NCBI GenBank assembly: GCA_030248215.1
Contig: JASANG010001649.1
Coordinates: 496,001-560,000, forward strand
Length of the DNA stretch: 64,000 nucleotides
Source of the DNA: Enoplolaimus lenunculus
Lineage: Eukaryota
Reading direction: 5' to 3'
The position numbers and the translations under genes were made by a program. The notes below the pieces were generated by a model. The model saw nothing but the letters and a program-made list of their open reading frames with translations, was not told the DNA's origin and did not search any database. Position 1 is the first letter of the stretch; each line of letters begins with the position of its first letter. Positions 39,401 to 52,299 of this stretch are shown piece after piece.

Positions 39401-39759
39401 CAGGGTGTAACCGGAGGTGAAAAATGCCGGAACCGAAGCCGGAGGTCAACGAACTTGCCGGAGCCGGAGATTAGGCAAAGTTAGGTACTAAAAATGATGG
39501 TTAGTTATATAATTAATTTTAGTCAATATATCTGCAATATCTTGTTAAATTGTTTGGTTTTACGCTAATTTTCTGCAGCATTTCGGATATTTTTTCTTGA
39601 AAATTGTTACAAAAGCAAAACAAGACGCGCTAAGAAGATAATTTTGCAAAATTATGCAAAATTTTACTACCGAAATTGCCAGAATCTCCGGCAAAAGTTC
39701 TACCGGAGCCGGAGGCCGAAATTTTGCCGGAGCCGGAGACAGACTTCCGGCTTACCCTT
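39401..39759. mobile_element. hAT-like MITE with CCGGA sub-terminal repeats
   Basis: CAGGGTGTAACCGG start, TTACCCTT end, near-perfect 8-bp TSD CTGTTAGG/TTGTTAGG; paralog at ~37338-37636. Confidence 0.65.
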
Positions 39760-40239
39760 TTGTTAGGTATTCAGCGAGTCGTATTTGACTCAGTTTGTGT
39801 AGTCCGGAAAAGCCTATTTTGGAGAGAGTCAATTTGACTCACCATTTTTTGCAGTGTACTACCTAATTTCTACTCACCTCCGGCCCCGGCAAGTTTCGTT
39901 GACTTCCGGCTTCGATATTTTTCACCTCCGGTTGCACCCTGCTGTCCGTTTACATTATATATGTAGTATCCGTCACACTTACACTCTGGCTGTCTGATAG
40001 ATATGGCTAGGATTAATGACGTGTGGATTAATATCATTTCTATATCAGATCGAGCATTTCCAGTCTAATCTTATTGAAAAACTGAATGATCGTTAAATGA
40101 TTTATAACTATATTAGCATAAAAAGAACTTGATTTCCAGTATTTCTATAATGGAAACAGACACCAATTTCTTAGAATCGGAAACGAGTATCCGGTCACAT
40201 CTTGATACCTAGTGTATTCTACTTATAATAGAGTGTGAC

Positions 40240-40606
40240 CAGGGTGCAACCGGAATTATATAATACCGGAACCGTAACCGGAAAACAAAAAATACTTGCT
40301 ACCGAAAAATTTATTTTTAACGCTATTTTATAATGCCAAAAACCTGAAACAAAAGCAATAGCTGGAAACGTATGATAAATTATGTAGTATGGCACAAATT
40401 GAAAATTTTGACAATACACGTTCGGACAATTTAAGAAAAGAAATTGGAATAATATGAAAATTCTTCTTAAATTTTCGAGAGACAACAATTTTCAATACCG
40501 AAAATACGGGAAAATTCCGGTGAGAAAATACCGGATTTTTTACCGGAACCGGATAGTGAAAATTACCGCATTTCCCTACCGGAACCGGAATTTCGGTTGC
40601 ACCCTG
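40240..40606. mobile_element. hAT-like MITE
   Basis: CAGGGTGCAACC...GGTTGCACCCTG with perfect 8-bp TSD AGTGTGAC; inverted paralog at 53085-53480. Confidence 0.9.
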
Positions 40607-40660
40607 AGTGTGACACATAAACTACCTGTTACTGTTTATACCACGCGATCTGGAATGGTA

Positions 40661-41082
40661 CTGTATTGACCCGAATAAGAGGGGGGTTCCCCATTTTGAG
40701 TTCGGATCAATAGGAGTCCATATCCCTAATAAGAGTCCGCAAGCGGATAGAGTCCCTAAGCCCTAATTAGAGTCCATAATGTCAATTAACCCTAATTGTA
40801 GTGCATAAATGACTCCAGAACCAAATAATTTGAGTTTGAAGCTTTAAAGCGTACTTAAATTTTGAAAGTACATTCCTAAGTATAACCTTGTATTATCGCT
40901 CAAGCTATTGAGACAAATAAACGTTTAATTTAACGGATAATTGCAGTACCGGATATATCAGTAACGAAGGGTGGCGGAGCGTGGGTTAAAAATAAATAAC
41001 AGTCCGTAACCGAATAACAAGGGGGGTACCCTCTGGAGAGGCCAAATAAATATCAGTCCCCCTCTTATTTGGGTCACTACAG
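40661..41082. mobile_element. TA-target MITE (Tc1/mariner-pogo-like)
   Basis: TA|CTGTATTGACCCGAATAAGAGGGG...CCCCTCTTATTTGGGTCACTACAG|TA; multiple paralogs in the window. Confidence 0.85.
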
Positions 41083-41546
41083 TAATTCCCGCTCCCTAAT
41101 CAAAACAGGGGTATTATGGGAAACTTTTAGTCGCATAAGCTCTACATCCATGCTTTATTTCAAATTACAAATGAGCATTCAATTCCCCTCATTTATAAAG
41201 GAGATATATATGAAAGAAATGGCCTCGTGATGCTACATTTAGCACTAGAAGCTGAAAACCTTAAGTGTCGCACTCTTCACCTTATAATTCCTTCCTGACA
41301 CCAACTGCATTGTTGAGATCAAAGATTAAAGTGTTAATAATTCTTGTTGGCTATTTCTGTATTGTTTTCACATTTTTTGTTGTGGAGAAGTGTTAATTTG
41401 ACTAGTAAACATTTTCTTTCTCATGTTCAATCAAGGCGAAAGTATTAAATTTCCCAAAGCATATATATAATAAATATAGGTAATTGAAAGACCAAACACA
41501 CTTTTTCTAAAGCTATTTATACATCAACTTATATATGATAAACGAT

Positions 41547-44500
41547 TCACCAGTTGGATGTGCCCTGTGGAATAAACGGATAAACTTGACACGACATGGT
41601 TTCGCTAGTTTTACGAACAGACTTTCTCGTTCCATATGAACACCGAAAATTAAACTCGTTCTGATAATCGCTCATTTTGATAATAACACGAGTTCCATCG
41701 TCTGCTATTCCGCTTAAAACAGCATCGCCATAATCGAGTTTAATATTCGGTTTGCAGTAGTCAACGACGCGTGACTCTGATGTCCAATGAGCTCGTGCTA
41801 CAGCAGCTGGACAACAAGGATCATCTGGTTGATTATTTTTGCTGAATTCGTACAATTCACCTTGGTTTGAATCGAATCGATTATTGTTGCCGTCTTTTGG
41901 ACCCCCTGTCTCGTCTAAAACTTCTAGACCTGAAAAAATTTCGTAACAACACCTGCTAAACTCTTGAGGGTCGCGTTCGCAATTGTCAGAACGTTGGTTG
42001 TATTCACGCTGTTGGCAGCATCGGTATCGTGCTTGTTGAAATCGTTGAAAGCAACAAATTGGTTGTGTTGCGTTGTTGCATTTGTTTGGGACGCATTTGT
42101 CAGTTAAATAAATCCCTTTGTAGCAGCACGGGTGAAGCGTGTCGCGCCGAATGCCAGCTCGACGTTTTTGTGCTAATCGAAAACAATATTGATCGCTAAA
42201 GATTGAACAGTCTATTCCTGGAATATCGTACGGCATGTAGTAGGGTGTTGTCGCAACAACAGTCTCCTGGGTTGCACTTTCTTGTTGCTGACCATCCTCT
42301 GCCGAAGTTGCATAATTATCGCCAAGGTCTCCATGTTGTTCTTCGTTTGCGTATTCATTTGGAGACACGAAGCGAAGAGTTTCGTTTTCGAACGCAATTA
42401 CTGCTTGTGATTCTAGATCCGCACGGTTGTTCAGTCCATTACGATGGTTGTTTTCAGACGGATGGTTTACTTCGTTCGGTTTGGTGGTAGGTTTCTTTGA
42501 CAGTGCGTAATTGCTGGCGTGATTGTTCCACGGCTCAATTGTCAGTTCAGCGCCTTGTGGAACGTAGTCTTCGTAACCTGTCAATGCTTCGCCTGCTATA
42601 TCGTGATGGTCTGGTTCAAGTTCACTGTAGCCTTCGAAATACGGATTGTAATCTTCGTAAAATTCACCGAATTCGCCTGTGTATAACTCATTTGCATGAT
42701 TTTTATTATTATTATTTTGGTTCTGATTATTGTTCTTTTTGTTGTTGGGGTTTTTGTGCGGAGAATCGCGCGGTTCAGTGTTTGCGGCTGCTTTCGGTTT
42801 AATCTTTGGATGATACACTAGCGAAATTTCGGGTTGTGACTGTTTTGTATTAGAATCATTTTTAAATTTAGTTACTTTTTCATCCTGGGTAATTAGTGGT
42901 GTAGTTGGTACAATTCGGGATTCAACTGTGATTTGTGGCGTTATAGCTGGCATATCGGTTGGCTTGTCTTGTTTAAGAACAGCGACCACTGTGCTTGGTT
43001 GTGCGACCTATTAAAATACCTTTTACCCATTGTAATATTAAAATTTAAAATATATATCGTAAATTTAGCTGGTCCATGTGAAGATCAGGGGCGGAACGTT
43101 TTTCTGTAGGACTGCAATAGAGTAAGCTTTAGACTAATTTTTTCTCTTGGCGGCGCGCATCTTCTTCCAAGGCTTAAGCTTAGGCTTAGGAATATGCTTA
43201 TTGTAATATTAAAATTTAAAATATATATCGTAAATTTAGCTGGTCCATGTGAAGATCAGGGGCGGAACGTTTTTCTGTAGGACTGCAATAGAGTAAGCTT
43301 TAGACTAATTTTTTCTCTTGGCTCAGGCTTAGGCTTGGGCTTAGGAATATGCTCATTCTTACGCTTAGGCTAAGGCTTAAGCTTAGGCTTAGGAATATGC
43401 TTATAATACTGTTCCGCCCCTGTTCTTTAAATTGGCCATTTAGCTGTGCCCGGTTTACATACTAAGATCGAGTATATATACAACTGGAACAGATTTTGGT
43501 TTTAAAAATATTTTATAAATAAGTGTTGGTATTCAGTTGTTCAACAAAAAGTTAAGTTAGCTCAAAATGTCAAATGTAATGCTCTTCTTTTTACGTGGTT
43601 TCTTGCACAAAGAGCGGGCAACGATCTTTTGTACAAATTAATGATGTTATTAACAGGCCTTGCACAAATTTTGTACTTTTTGTCAAATTCAACATTTTAT
43701 GACTTGTAGGATGGTTAAAGCAATGGCGTCCCCAGGGGCAGCATTACGGGGCCGTGGCACCCCAAATTTAACTGGTGTCCACCAAATAAATTATTCGGTG
43801 CACCCAAATATAACTCTGCGGACGCCCCTGTGGGTTAAAGAAATGCTAGCGTTCATTAACTGTCTATTCCGGTCGGTTTGAGAGTTGCACTTGTGGCTAA
43901 ATTGTTCTTCGCTAGAGCAACATATATATCAACGTGGATTTAGAGGCATTGAGAGAAAAATTTCATTTATCCACTTGTGTATGTCATATTCAAAACAATA
44001 TAGTTCTGCTGAGCTTGGCTAACAATTAAGTATAAACTATAGTTAATAAGTTAAAAGTATAGTTAGACCCGTGGTCGTCTTACCAAATCCAGGGTTCTAT
44101 AATCGATAGGAACATGCGGTGCCGGATAGAACGGATATTTTGTACGAAGTCTTGGCAACTTGGAACCGATTGGACACGGGCCGCACCAGCCATTGTACGT
44201 ATTATGAATAACCGAAATAATATAATGATAGTAGAGAAAACTTTGCGGATACGGAATATAAAATGCTACCCGACCACATCTGAAATAAATTTTTAAATTT
44301 AAAAAAACCAGTATATATCATTTCTGGATTGTATTAAAGTATATTAAATTTTGCGTTTGATTCAGTTAGCCTAAAACTTCACGCCAAAAAATTAGTAAAC
44401 TGCAGTTTTGTTTAAAGCCTATAAAAAAATTTATTGCCCGCATGTGAGTTATTTTGGGGCAACGTATCACAGGTTTTACTGCATCCGATGTTGTAGGTAT

Positions 44501-45813
44501 TATTACACATGTAAAAGCTTTTTTAATTTGCAACGCATGAGTACCAATTTTTACTATCATTTAACAATACTAATGAACAGCAGTACTCACTTATCCATAA
44601 TGAAAAAATCGTTCAGATTTGCAGACAAAATTTGACGCACAGGTCTGTCGTGAGCTTCTTGAACCATTTCAATGCCGTTGTTCAGAAGTTTAAATCTCCA
44701 AAACTCAACGCTACTCTGTAACTCGGTCGCCGGCACGACAACAACAAACGAAACTTCGCGGTATTCGCTTTGCTCGCGAAGCATTTCTCGTAAATGGATC
44801 AAACTAAAAAACAACGGGCGAGATTTGTACAAGAGGGTACCTTTTAAAGCACACTTTTGATCTGTGCACGAATGCAAAACAAGTTCAGTAGGAGTGTGTT
44901 AGCACCTGGGATGGGAGTCTCGATATCGGTCTCGGTCTCGTTAAGTCTCGGTATTTAGCAGGTATCGGTCTCGGTCTCGCTTTTTTGAGTCTCAGTACTT
45001 CAACATGAGTGTGGAACTGGGGACATTCTGTGTACAAAAGAATGTGCCCGGCACGCGTTTTTTCCCCTAACCCCACTCATGTAAGGGGTGTTCAAACCTT
45101 AAAACCAGGCAAATATTGTTGCGATACACAGTGCAAACATCCGATTATATTATTGGTTTTGGTTTAGCTGAGTTCTGTGGGCAGTTGCTCCCACCTTAAA
45201 TAAGTAGGGTATAGGCAAAACGCAACGACGGTGGTACTTGTTATGCCACGCATATTTTTGGAAATTGCACAGGCGAAAATTGCTCACTTGAAGCATCGTC
45301 ATGGCGTGTGATTAATATCTCAGTTGCGAAATCCCATGCTATAACTTTTCAATCGGACAAACACATATATATTGGTCATGGGCACATGCAAAGCATCATA
45401 TCTCTATTGCCTGCTTTCTAAATTTAGCACTTGCATACCTCTCCTGCAATAATGGGAAATTTCAGACTGGCAAATGTTACAGTAGGCTTGTTCCTGACCC
45501 GTTTCCACCTGACAAGTGACAATAGGTGCGACTCAGTTGTGAGTACGGCTTGTGAAATAAGTCTCAAAACCATTAGGACGTACTTATTTAATTGTTTGGT
45601 ACATTCTTCACAGCCGAGTTCCATGAGAACTAACAGCACTACAGAACCATATCTCTCGTCCATGATATCGCGGTCGTCCGCTGCAGTCCAATATGTACCT
45701 AAGTCACATTTGATCTTATCGCTTCCTGTAATCATGTGGCGATGTGCCCGTTGAAGTACCATAAGCATCAATAGTATCCGCCCTGGATTCCAATTGGCAA
45801 TAGTTGACCGCAT
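41547..45813 (-). CDS. Selenoprotein P N-terminal-domain protein with Cys in place of Sec, ~699 aa, C-terminal Cys-rich domain
   Basis: Exons 45584-45813, 44591-44803, 44084-44279, 41547-43007, GT-AG and in phase. GSVVLLVLMELGCEECTKQL...VSFVVV...NDFFIMDKCGRVAFYIPYPQSFL...WCGPC aligns with SelP GSVTVVALLQASUYLC...ISYIVV...DDFLIYDRCGRLVYHLGLPFSFL...KCGNC. The signal peptide is weak. Confidence 0.85.
43242..43437. mobile_element. Merlin-like MITE with TTAGGC motifs; preceded by a 171-bp tandem duplication
   Basis: ATTTAGCT|GGTCCATGT...ATTGGCC|ATTTAGCT; 43030-43200 is an imperfect duplicate of the sequence starting at 43201. Confidence 0.8.
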
Positions 45814-46662
45814 TTTGTAGGAAATTATATTTACATATATATATAACCACGCGCATGCGCTGCAGTACAAAATCTTCTCAAGACATCAGAACCTTCTTGA
45901 GCTCGAGCGTCAACAGGGTTGGTTTTTTCCGGAAAAATTCATTCGACCTGAAAAGAACGGTTTTTTCTGTTTTTTCTTCGGAAAAAAACGAAAAAAAACG
46001 AAAAAATTAGAAATCATGTCCTAACGCTTCCGCAAGTACAAAAATGTTGATGGATGATTTGCCTATTTAAAACATGACATTGGGAGAATCAAACTTATTT
46101 TATTAAGTATCAACTTTTGATAACACATAATGATGAAGCATACTGCACATACTACTAGAGGTGTCATATACCTAAAAAGGTGCATATGCCAGCTAATGTA
46201 GCCACAAACCTGCGGGTTTGAGTCCGGCAAAGAATTTGCAGACAAGATTTGGAGTTTTATTGACATTTGAAAAATGAAATTAATCAGAAGTTAATAGTTC
46301 CGAACAAAGCGCGGCATATTATCTGCATTCTGCAATAAATGTTTCATCAAAGAGAAACAGAAAAATCTCAAATAGATATAGCAATCACTTTAAGATTAAA
46401 GAGGTATATAGTAGCAGGAATGCCACTGGGAATTCCAGTTTGTTTAGGAAACCATTTGCATAGCATACTCTACTCATTCTGCGTCTATCTCTGAAGAACC
46501 ACCAACTGGTCTTTCCAGAAGTTTAGTAAGAAGCATGTATCCCCTATTCCTTCCGCTGGCGGATCCAATGCGGGAACCGGGAACCAAGATTTTGTATTTA
46601 ATAAATAAGCTCTAAAATGGCGTTTGGTTTGCGGCTCGCTTCGCACTTAAGGTTTCCACTAT

Positions 46663-48301
46663 TAGTGATGGGCATCGGATATTTTTTCATATCCGGCAAT
46701 TCTTGCCGGATATGTATCCGGATATCCGGACTTTTCTAAAAATCGGTATTTATTATGCCAGTACTGTAGTGACCCGAATAAGATGGGTACCCATTTTGAG
46801 TCCCAATCAATAGGAGTCCGCATCCCAAATAACAGTCCGTAAGCGCATAGAGTCCCTAAACCCTATTTAGAGTCCAAAAATGTCAATTATTTCTAATTGT
46901 AGGTGTAGCGCATAAATGACTCCAGAACCAAATAAAGGTGAGTTCAAAACTTTGAAGCGTACTTAAGTTTTCAAAGTACGTTCCTAAATAACCTTGCATT
47001 ATGGCGAAAGCTTTTGATACAAGGCAAATAAACATTCAATTCAAGGTTCAGTTATAATACCGGATATATGTGTAACGAAGTGTGGCGGAGGACATAAAAA
47101 TAAATAACAGTCCGTAAGCGAATAACGGGGGGTACCATCCGGAGAGGTCAAATAAATATCAGTCCCCCGTCTAATTCGGGTCACACACTACAGTACCTCA
47201 ATAGTTCTGGGTATTCAGTTTTAGAAGATTGCTACAGACTACTAAATAAAGTACTTGCGTTGACAACTTAAAATTGAGTTGATTGGGCTTGTTCTTTGCC
47301 TTATTTAAACCACTGCAATAGAGATTCCATCGAATATAACCCTTCCCTCGAACTATATATATATACTTGAATCGTTTTAGTTCCAAGAACACAGAACCAG
47401 ATTGAAATACACTTGCGCTAAGTCGTACAAACGTCAGCCCATGTTACTTATACTGGTGTCGCGCTTTCAGCAGCGGATCAGAGAAATTTCTAAATGGGCG
47501 GGATGGTAAATATTTTGAAACGCAATTTTTCTCCAAAAAATTTTCTTAACGGGAAAATTATAAGGTAGGACCCTATTTTGTAACGAAAGTATGATGAGAG
47601 GACAAATTGTAAGGTAATGAATGACCATATCATTATATTACAAAAAATTTATGTGGGGAGTGGGGACAAATTGTAAGGTAGGGTCCTTAGACATTTTTCT
47701 TATCCAGACCGGATGAAACACATTTGAGATAGTTTCATTGCCAGACTGGGGAACGGGACAATTAGAGACTGGTAGTCTCAGGCGTATGTTTAGACTTACG
47801 CGTAGACTTAGTAGGCACGGCCTACAATTAAAATTATCCAAACAATTAATACAATTATTGAAAACTCGAATATTGGCTCCAACAAACTACAATTAACTAA
47901 AAATGACTAAATTCACCATATCTGTAATGTTTGAAATTGGCCAAATTTTAACCCACCAAGGCATATCCAATCCACAATAGATACAACGTTTCCAGCAGTT
48001 GCTCAGGCTTATTACCCCACTTAGGTTTAGTAACAAAAACTTGAATTTCATTGTCTTTCACTTTTGGATTTTGCATCATTATGGAACAATTATGCAAGAA
48101 TGTGGTTTAATATTCTGACTGAGGTTTGGATACAGCATTTTTTTGTCAGCTCCAGCTAGTTTGGTGGTGAAACCATGCAAATTATTCAAAAAATATTTTT
48201 AGACAAGCATTTCGTATATCCGGCGGATATCCGGATACACGTTTCATTTCGGATACATATCCGGATATTTTTCCTATCCGGATATCCGGTGCCCATCTAT
48301 G
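46663..48301. mobile_element. TAGTGATGGGC-type hAT-like MITE
   Basis: TAGTGATGGGCATCGGATA...TATCCGGTGCCCATC; perfect 8-bp TSD TCCACTAT; ATCCGGAT sub-terminal motifs. Confidence 0.75.
46764..47193. mobile_element. TA-target MITE (same family as 40661-41082)
   Basis: TA|CTGTAGTGACCCGAATAAG...TTCGGGTCACACACTACAG|TA. Confidence 0.85.
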
Positions 48302-48888
48302 TCCACTATATCTCATGCGGTCCGCCATTTTAGAGTTTCATGGATTCGCCACTGATTCCTCCCCCGTAAATCAGCCTTCGTGATCACGGCAGCGTGCGAA
48401 AAACCAATGTTCCCCCCTCAGAAAACCGAAAAACCCACAAAAACGTTTCCGTTGGTTTTCTTCCGGTGCCCAGCCCTGAGCATCAAACTCCTGCAGATAT
48501 ATACGCCAAGTTGAGAAACGGCAAGTTTGGTTTATAAGATTACATTATATAAGGAATAGTTTTTTCGTTCAAGTAAACATGGAATAATTTCAAAAATATC
48601 AGAAACGCTCAAACTCCTTAAAATATTCTGTCCCAAAGTTAACAGCGCACAATAACAAATGGCCATAAAAACCGTTAAATATATTGGCATTTATATATCT
48701 GGTCCAAACTGTCCGCTTGTAAAACCAAAAATAAAAACACCTCAAAATTTTGCAAAAACAACCCCAAAAATGCCGAACCGCAAGATATTTGTATTAAAAA
48801 AGGCTTACAACATATGGTTAACAATGAGTGTCAAACGTCGCTCTGGTGCGTTTTATGTTTAATATGGTAGAAGTTAGCGAGTAATATT

Positions 48889-49061
48889 GGCCAATGTAAA
48901 GAAGAGGGGCGCAACAGTATTATAAGGATTTTTCTAAGCCTACGCCTAAGTCTAAACATAAGCCTAAGCCAAGCAAAAAATTGGTCTAAAATTTAAAGCT
49001 TAAGCTTTACTCCATTCTAGTCCCTCACAAAAATTGTCCGCCAGTGACGTTTACATGGGTC
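48889..49061. mobile_element. Merlin-like MITE with GCCTAA motifs
   Basis: GTAATATT|GGCCAATGTAAA...TTTACATGGGTC|GAAATATT. Confidence 0.7.
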
Positions 49062-50207
49062 GAAATATTGAATTATTAAAAGGGGAATCAGCACAAAATA
49101 ACTAATGCCTTTATGAGGTAATTTGAAAAACACAATTAACAGCGGCGCCCACGATGAAATTATATTAAGAGATAAAACTGCTCAAAAGAAGGTTGAACTT
49201 GCACAACAATGTTGTGTCTTTCTGATCAATGATTCAAACTATTACTTTTCTCGCGGCGGATCTGTAATTATAATTACACCGGTACATTCTAAAGAGGCGT
49301 AAACGACGGGCTTACTGGACAAACAAACAACGCGTTTAAAATAACAAATGGATAGGTTTCCGCGCTAAACCAAACCACTTTAGACATCAGCTTTTAAAAT
49401 CCAACTCACAACTGAAGACTAAACCGTGCAACAACAAACCGGATCCCGAGTAAGTATATACTTGAATTGTTAAAAACTTTCGATAATCTTTATCATTTTT
49501 TTTTGTAAAACTTAAATTAGTTTCCAGGGAATATTTGGATAATCGTAGTCTCCTTGTATATTATAGATTTCCTCGGGTACAAAAACTATATCTGTTATTT
49601 TTTGAATTTTATTCAAAATCACACTTTTGTTGAGCAAAAAATACCAACACATTCTACCGACAACTTTTGTGCATTTTCATGTCATACACATTTTATGTTG
49701 AATTTAGTTCAATTTCGTCTTTTTTAATGACAAATACAAACAGGAAGATAATTATATATTCAACTGTTGAATAGTGGTTCAGTTCTATGGTACATGACGA
49801 AAATACCGGAATCAGAAAAGAATTATCAAGACTTCACTGGAAACGGAAATTGGAACAAAACAATGGTAAACTGTAAACTTCCTCACGTGTCGTGGCAGAT
49901 TTTATGAGCTCAAAAAACCAGAATTTTCAAGACTTCAATGGAAACGGAAACTGATTTTTACCATTAAAGCGGACGTATGTACGGTGAAACTCAAGGGCGT
50001 AAAAAAGGGAATTCAGGTGTTAAACCGTTTTTGAGACTATTTTTGCGCAGTGATTTTTACATAGTATGTTTTCAACGAAAAAACCTCCACCTAGAAATTT
50101 TCATGGCACTTACCCACCTTTCCAAAATCCTGGCCATGTCTATGGTAAACCCGTTCACGCAGTCTCCATGTTTTAACTTTGTGTGTTTTGTTTCAAAAAC
50201 GTCAATT

Positions 50208-51482
50208 ATGGCGTTCGATAATTTATCTGATGCAAGAGCGGCGCAGAAAGCTACTGTGGGGTAATTTAAAAAATTAACAAATGATGAATTGATATATGAA
50301 AAGAACGATTTTACCGGTGACCCCATAAATGTTAAAAGTCGAAAAAATTTTGTGACGAAACAACGAAACATTTACGTCGTAGCAAACGCTTTTTGAGACG
50401 GCCTGGATACCGTTTTGTTTAATACAAGAGGATAAATTTTTGGGGTTCAGATTCTACAATGTTTCTTCCTTCAATGTTGGGTAACGTAAATTTTATGTTA
50501 GTTTTTGGCTTAGCTATTTTGAATGGAAATTTGCTGCAGATTCACAGTGAAAATTCGAGCTCGAATTTTTTAACGAAAGGCCCTCGTTATCAGTGATCCC
50601 CTGGAAAAACCATTCCGATTTTTGACATTCGTGTACTAACGAGAGGCCTTATTTGCATACCTGTACAAGATGCGTGGACGGCGCCGTCCATCGCTGTGCG
50701 GTATTGTACGCAAATAGCTCACGTACGATAACGTATGGTGACGGACGGTGACGGATGGTGTCGCACGGGTGACGCACGGTGACGGACGACGCCGGACGTC
50801 AAGCATAGCGCAACTCTAAGAGGTACCGCTGTGGCGCAGTTGGTTGACACATTGGTTTTTGGTTATGTAGTAAGGGTTCGACTGCCATTTGGGGCTCTGA
50901 CTTTTCAAGGTCGTTTTTAATCTTGACTTTATATGTTTGTCACGGTGAAGAAACGGCGACATTTATTCAAGAGCCGAATTTTCATTTGAAATTTATTCTG
51001 TAGTTCAAAGAAAAAAGAAAAAATTTTATTTTGACGAATATACAAAAGGCCTATTTCATAGATTTGGGTGCAAAGCAGGCTACAACCGGAAGGCTTGTTC
51101 CGACTCCGGTAGAATTTATGCAGGAAGTTCCGTTTACTTCGACAGTGAAATTGTGCATTATTTTATTAAGAAAATTTATTTGTATGGCACGTTTTGTTTT
51201 AAATTTTGGTGCAATTTTAAGAAAAAATTGTCGAGATTTCGTAAAAATAAGCGTACAACAAAAAGATTTGACAACACCTTACAGATACTCGCAAAAACAT
51301 CATTTAACTATCTAAGTTCGCCTCACCTCCAGCTTCACCTCCGTACTCCGACAAACTTTGTTGTCCTCCGACAGGCTGAGGTATTTTTCGCCTCCCGTTT
51401 TGCTTTTTTGTATTTCGTTCAAAACTGTAGAGGTATGTCGTATACAAACGCGTACTATACACCATTATACAGCCAATACTAA
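50208..51482 (+). CDS. Speculative small multi-exon gene
   Basis: GT-AG chain 50208-50260, 50451-50480, 51062-51108, 51317-51380, 51431-51482 gives an 81-aa ORF; no recognisable homology. Confidence 0.2.
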
Positions 51483-51944
51483 AGGAAATCACAAGGTTCC
51501 GGCCGCCCTACCCTCCGCAATGTTTTGTATACAGCTGATTCATAAAGGCAGAAATGAAAAAAGTATAAAATTCACACCCAAGTTACAGCAATATGAATGC
51601 CCCACCTCCCACCCCTCTCAAAAACGTGGATCCGCCAGTGATTCTCATAAAGGAAATAACTACATTTTAATAGATCCCGCCAAAGTGTTCCGTAAATGGC
51701 CTGAAGCTTTGCTTCAGCGAAAACTAATGAAAATTATAGGCGAAACTCTGCCGATCAGTGAACTTGTGACTGTTGGTTAAAAGAGGCCTTATTTTTCTGC
51801 CGGTGCAGTCCATAGTGTGCGTCTAAGATAGGGTGATTTGAGCTAATGTACGACAGGAAGCCGGACTGTGAGCATTCAATGTATCCTGAGTTCATCGAAA
51901 ACCCAGAAACTGTCCCATGAAGTCAGTACTTATCTAAGTGTATA

Positions 51945-52299
51945 CTGTAGTGACCCGAATAAGAGGGGGACTGAAATTTATTTGGCCTTGCATATACGGT
52001 ATTGTAACTATCCTTTGAATTAAACGTTTACTTGTCTTGCGTCAATACCTTGAGCAATAATGCAAGGTTAGGAATGTACGTTCAAAACTTAAGTATGCTT
52101 TAAAGTTTGGAACTCAACTTTATGTGGTCCTGGATTCATTTATGCGCTACAATTAGGGATAATTGAGATTTACGGACTCTAATTATGGTTTATAGACTTT
52201 ATCCTCTTACGGAGTCTTATTGGGCATACGGACTACTAGTGATTGGGACTCAAAATGGGGACCTCCTTTTATTACTCCCTCTTATTCGGGTCACTACAG
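51945..52299. mobile_element. TA-target MITE
   Basis: TA|CTGTAGTGACCCGAATAAGAGGG...CCCTCTTATTCGGGTCACTACAG|TA. Confidence 0.85.

Larger units (their letters stand above)
45914..48478. mobile_element. hAT-like element hosting three nested insertions
   Basis: CAGGGTTGG...CCAGCCCTG with TSD AGCGTCAA/AGCATCAA; contains 46554-48354, 46663-48301 and 46764-47193. Confidence 0.75.

Noticed and set aside
41531..41549. TGA stop of the SelP-like gene as a possible selenocysteine codon
   Set aside because: Read-through adds only IVYHI before TAA, and no AUGA/AA/GA SECIS stem was evident in the AT-rich 3' UTR by eye.
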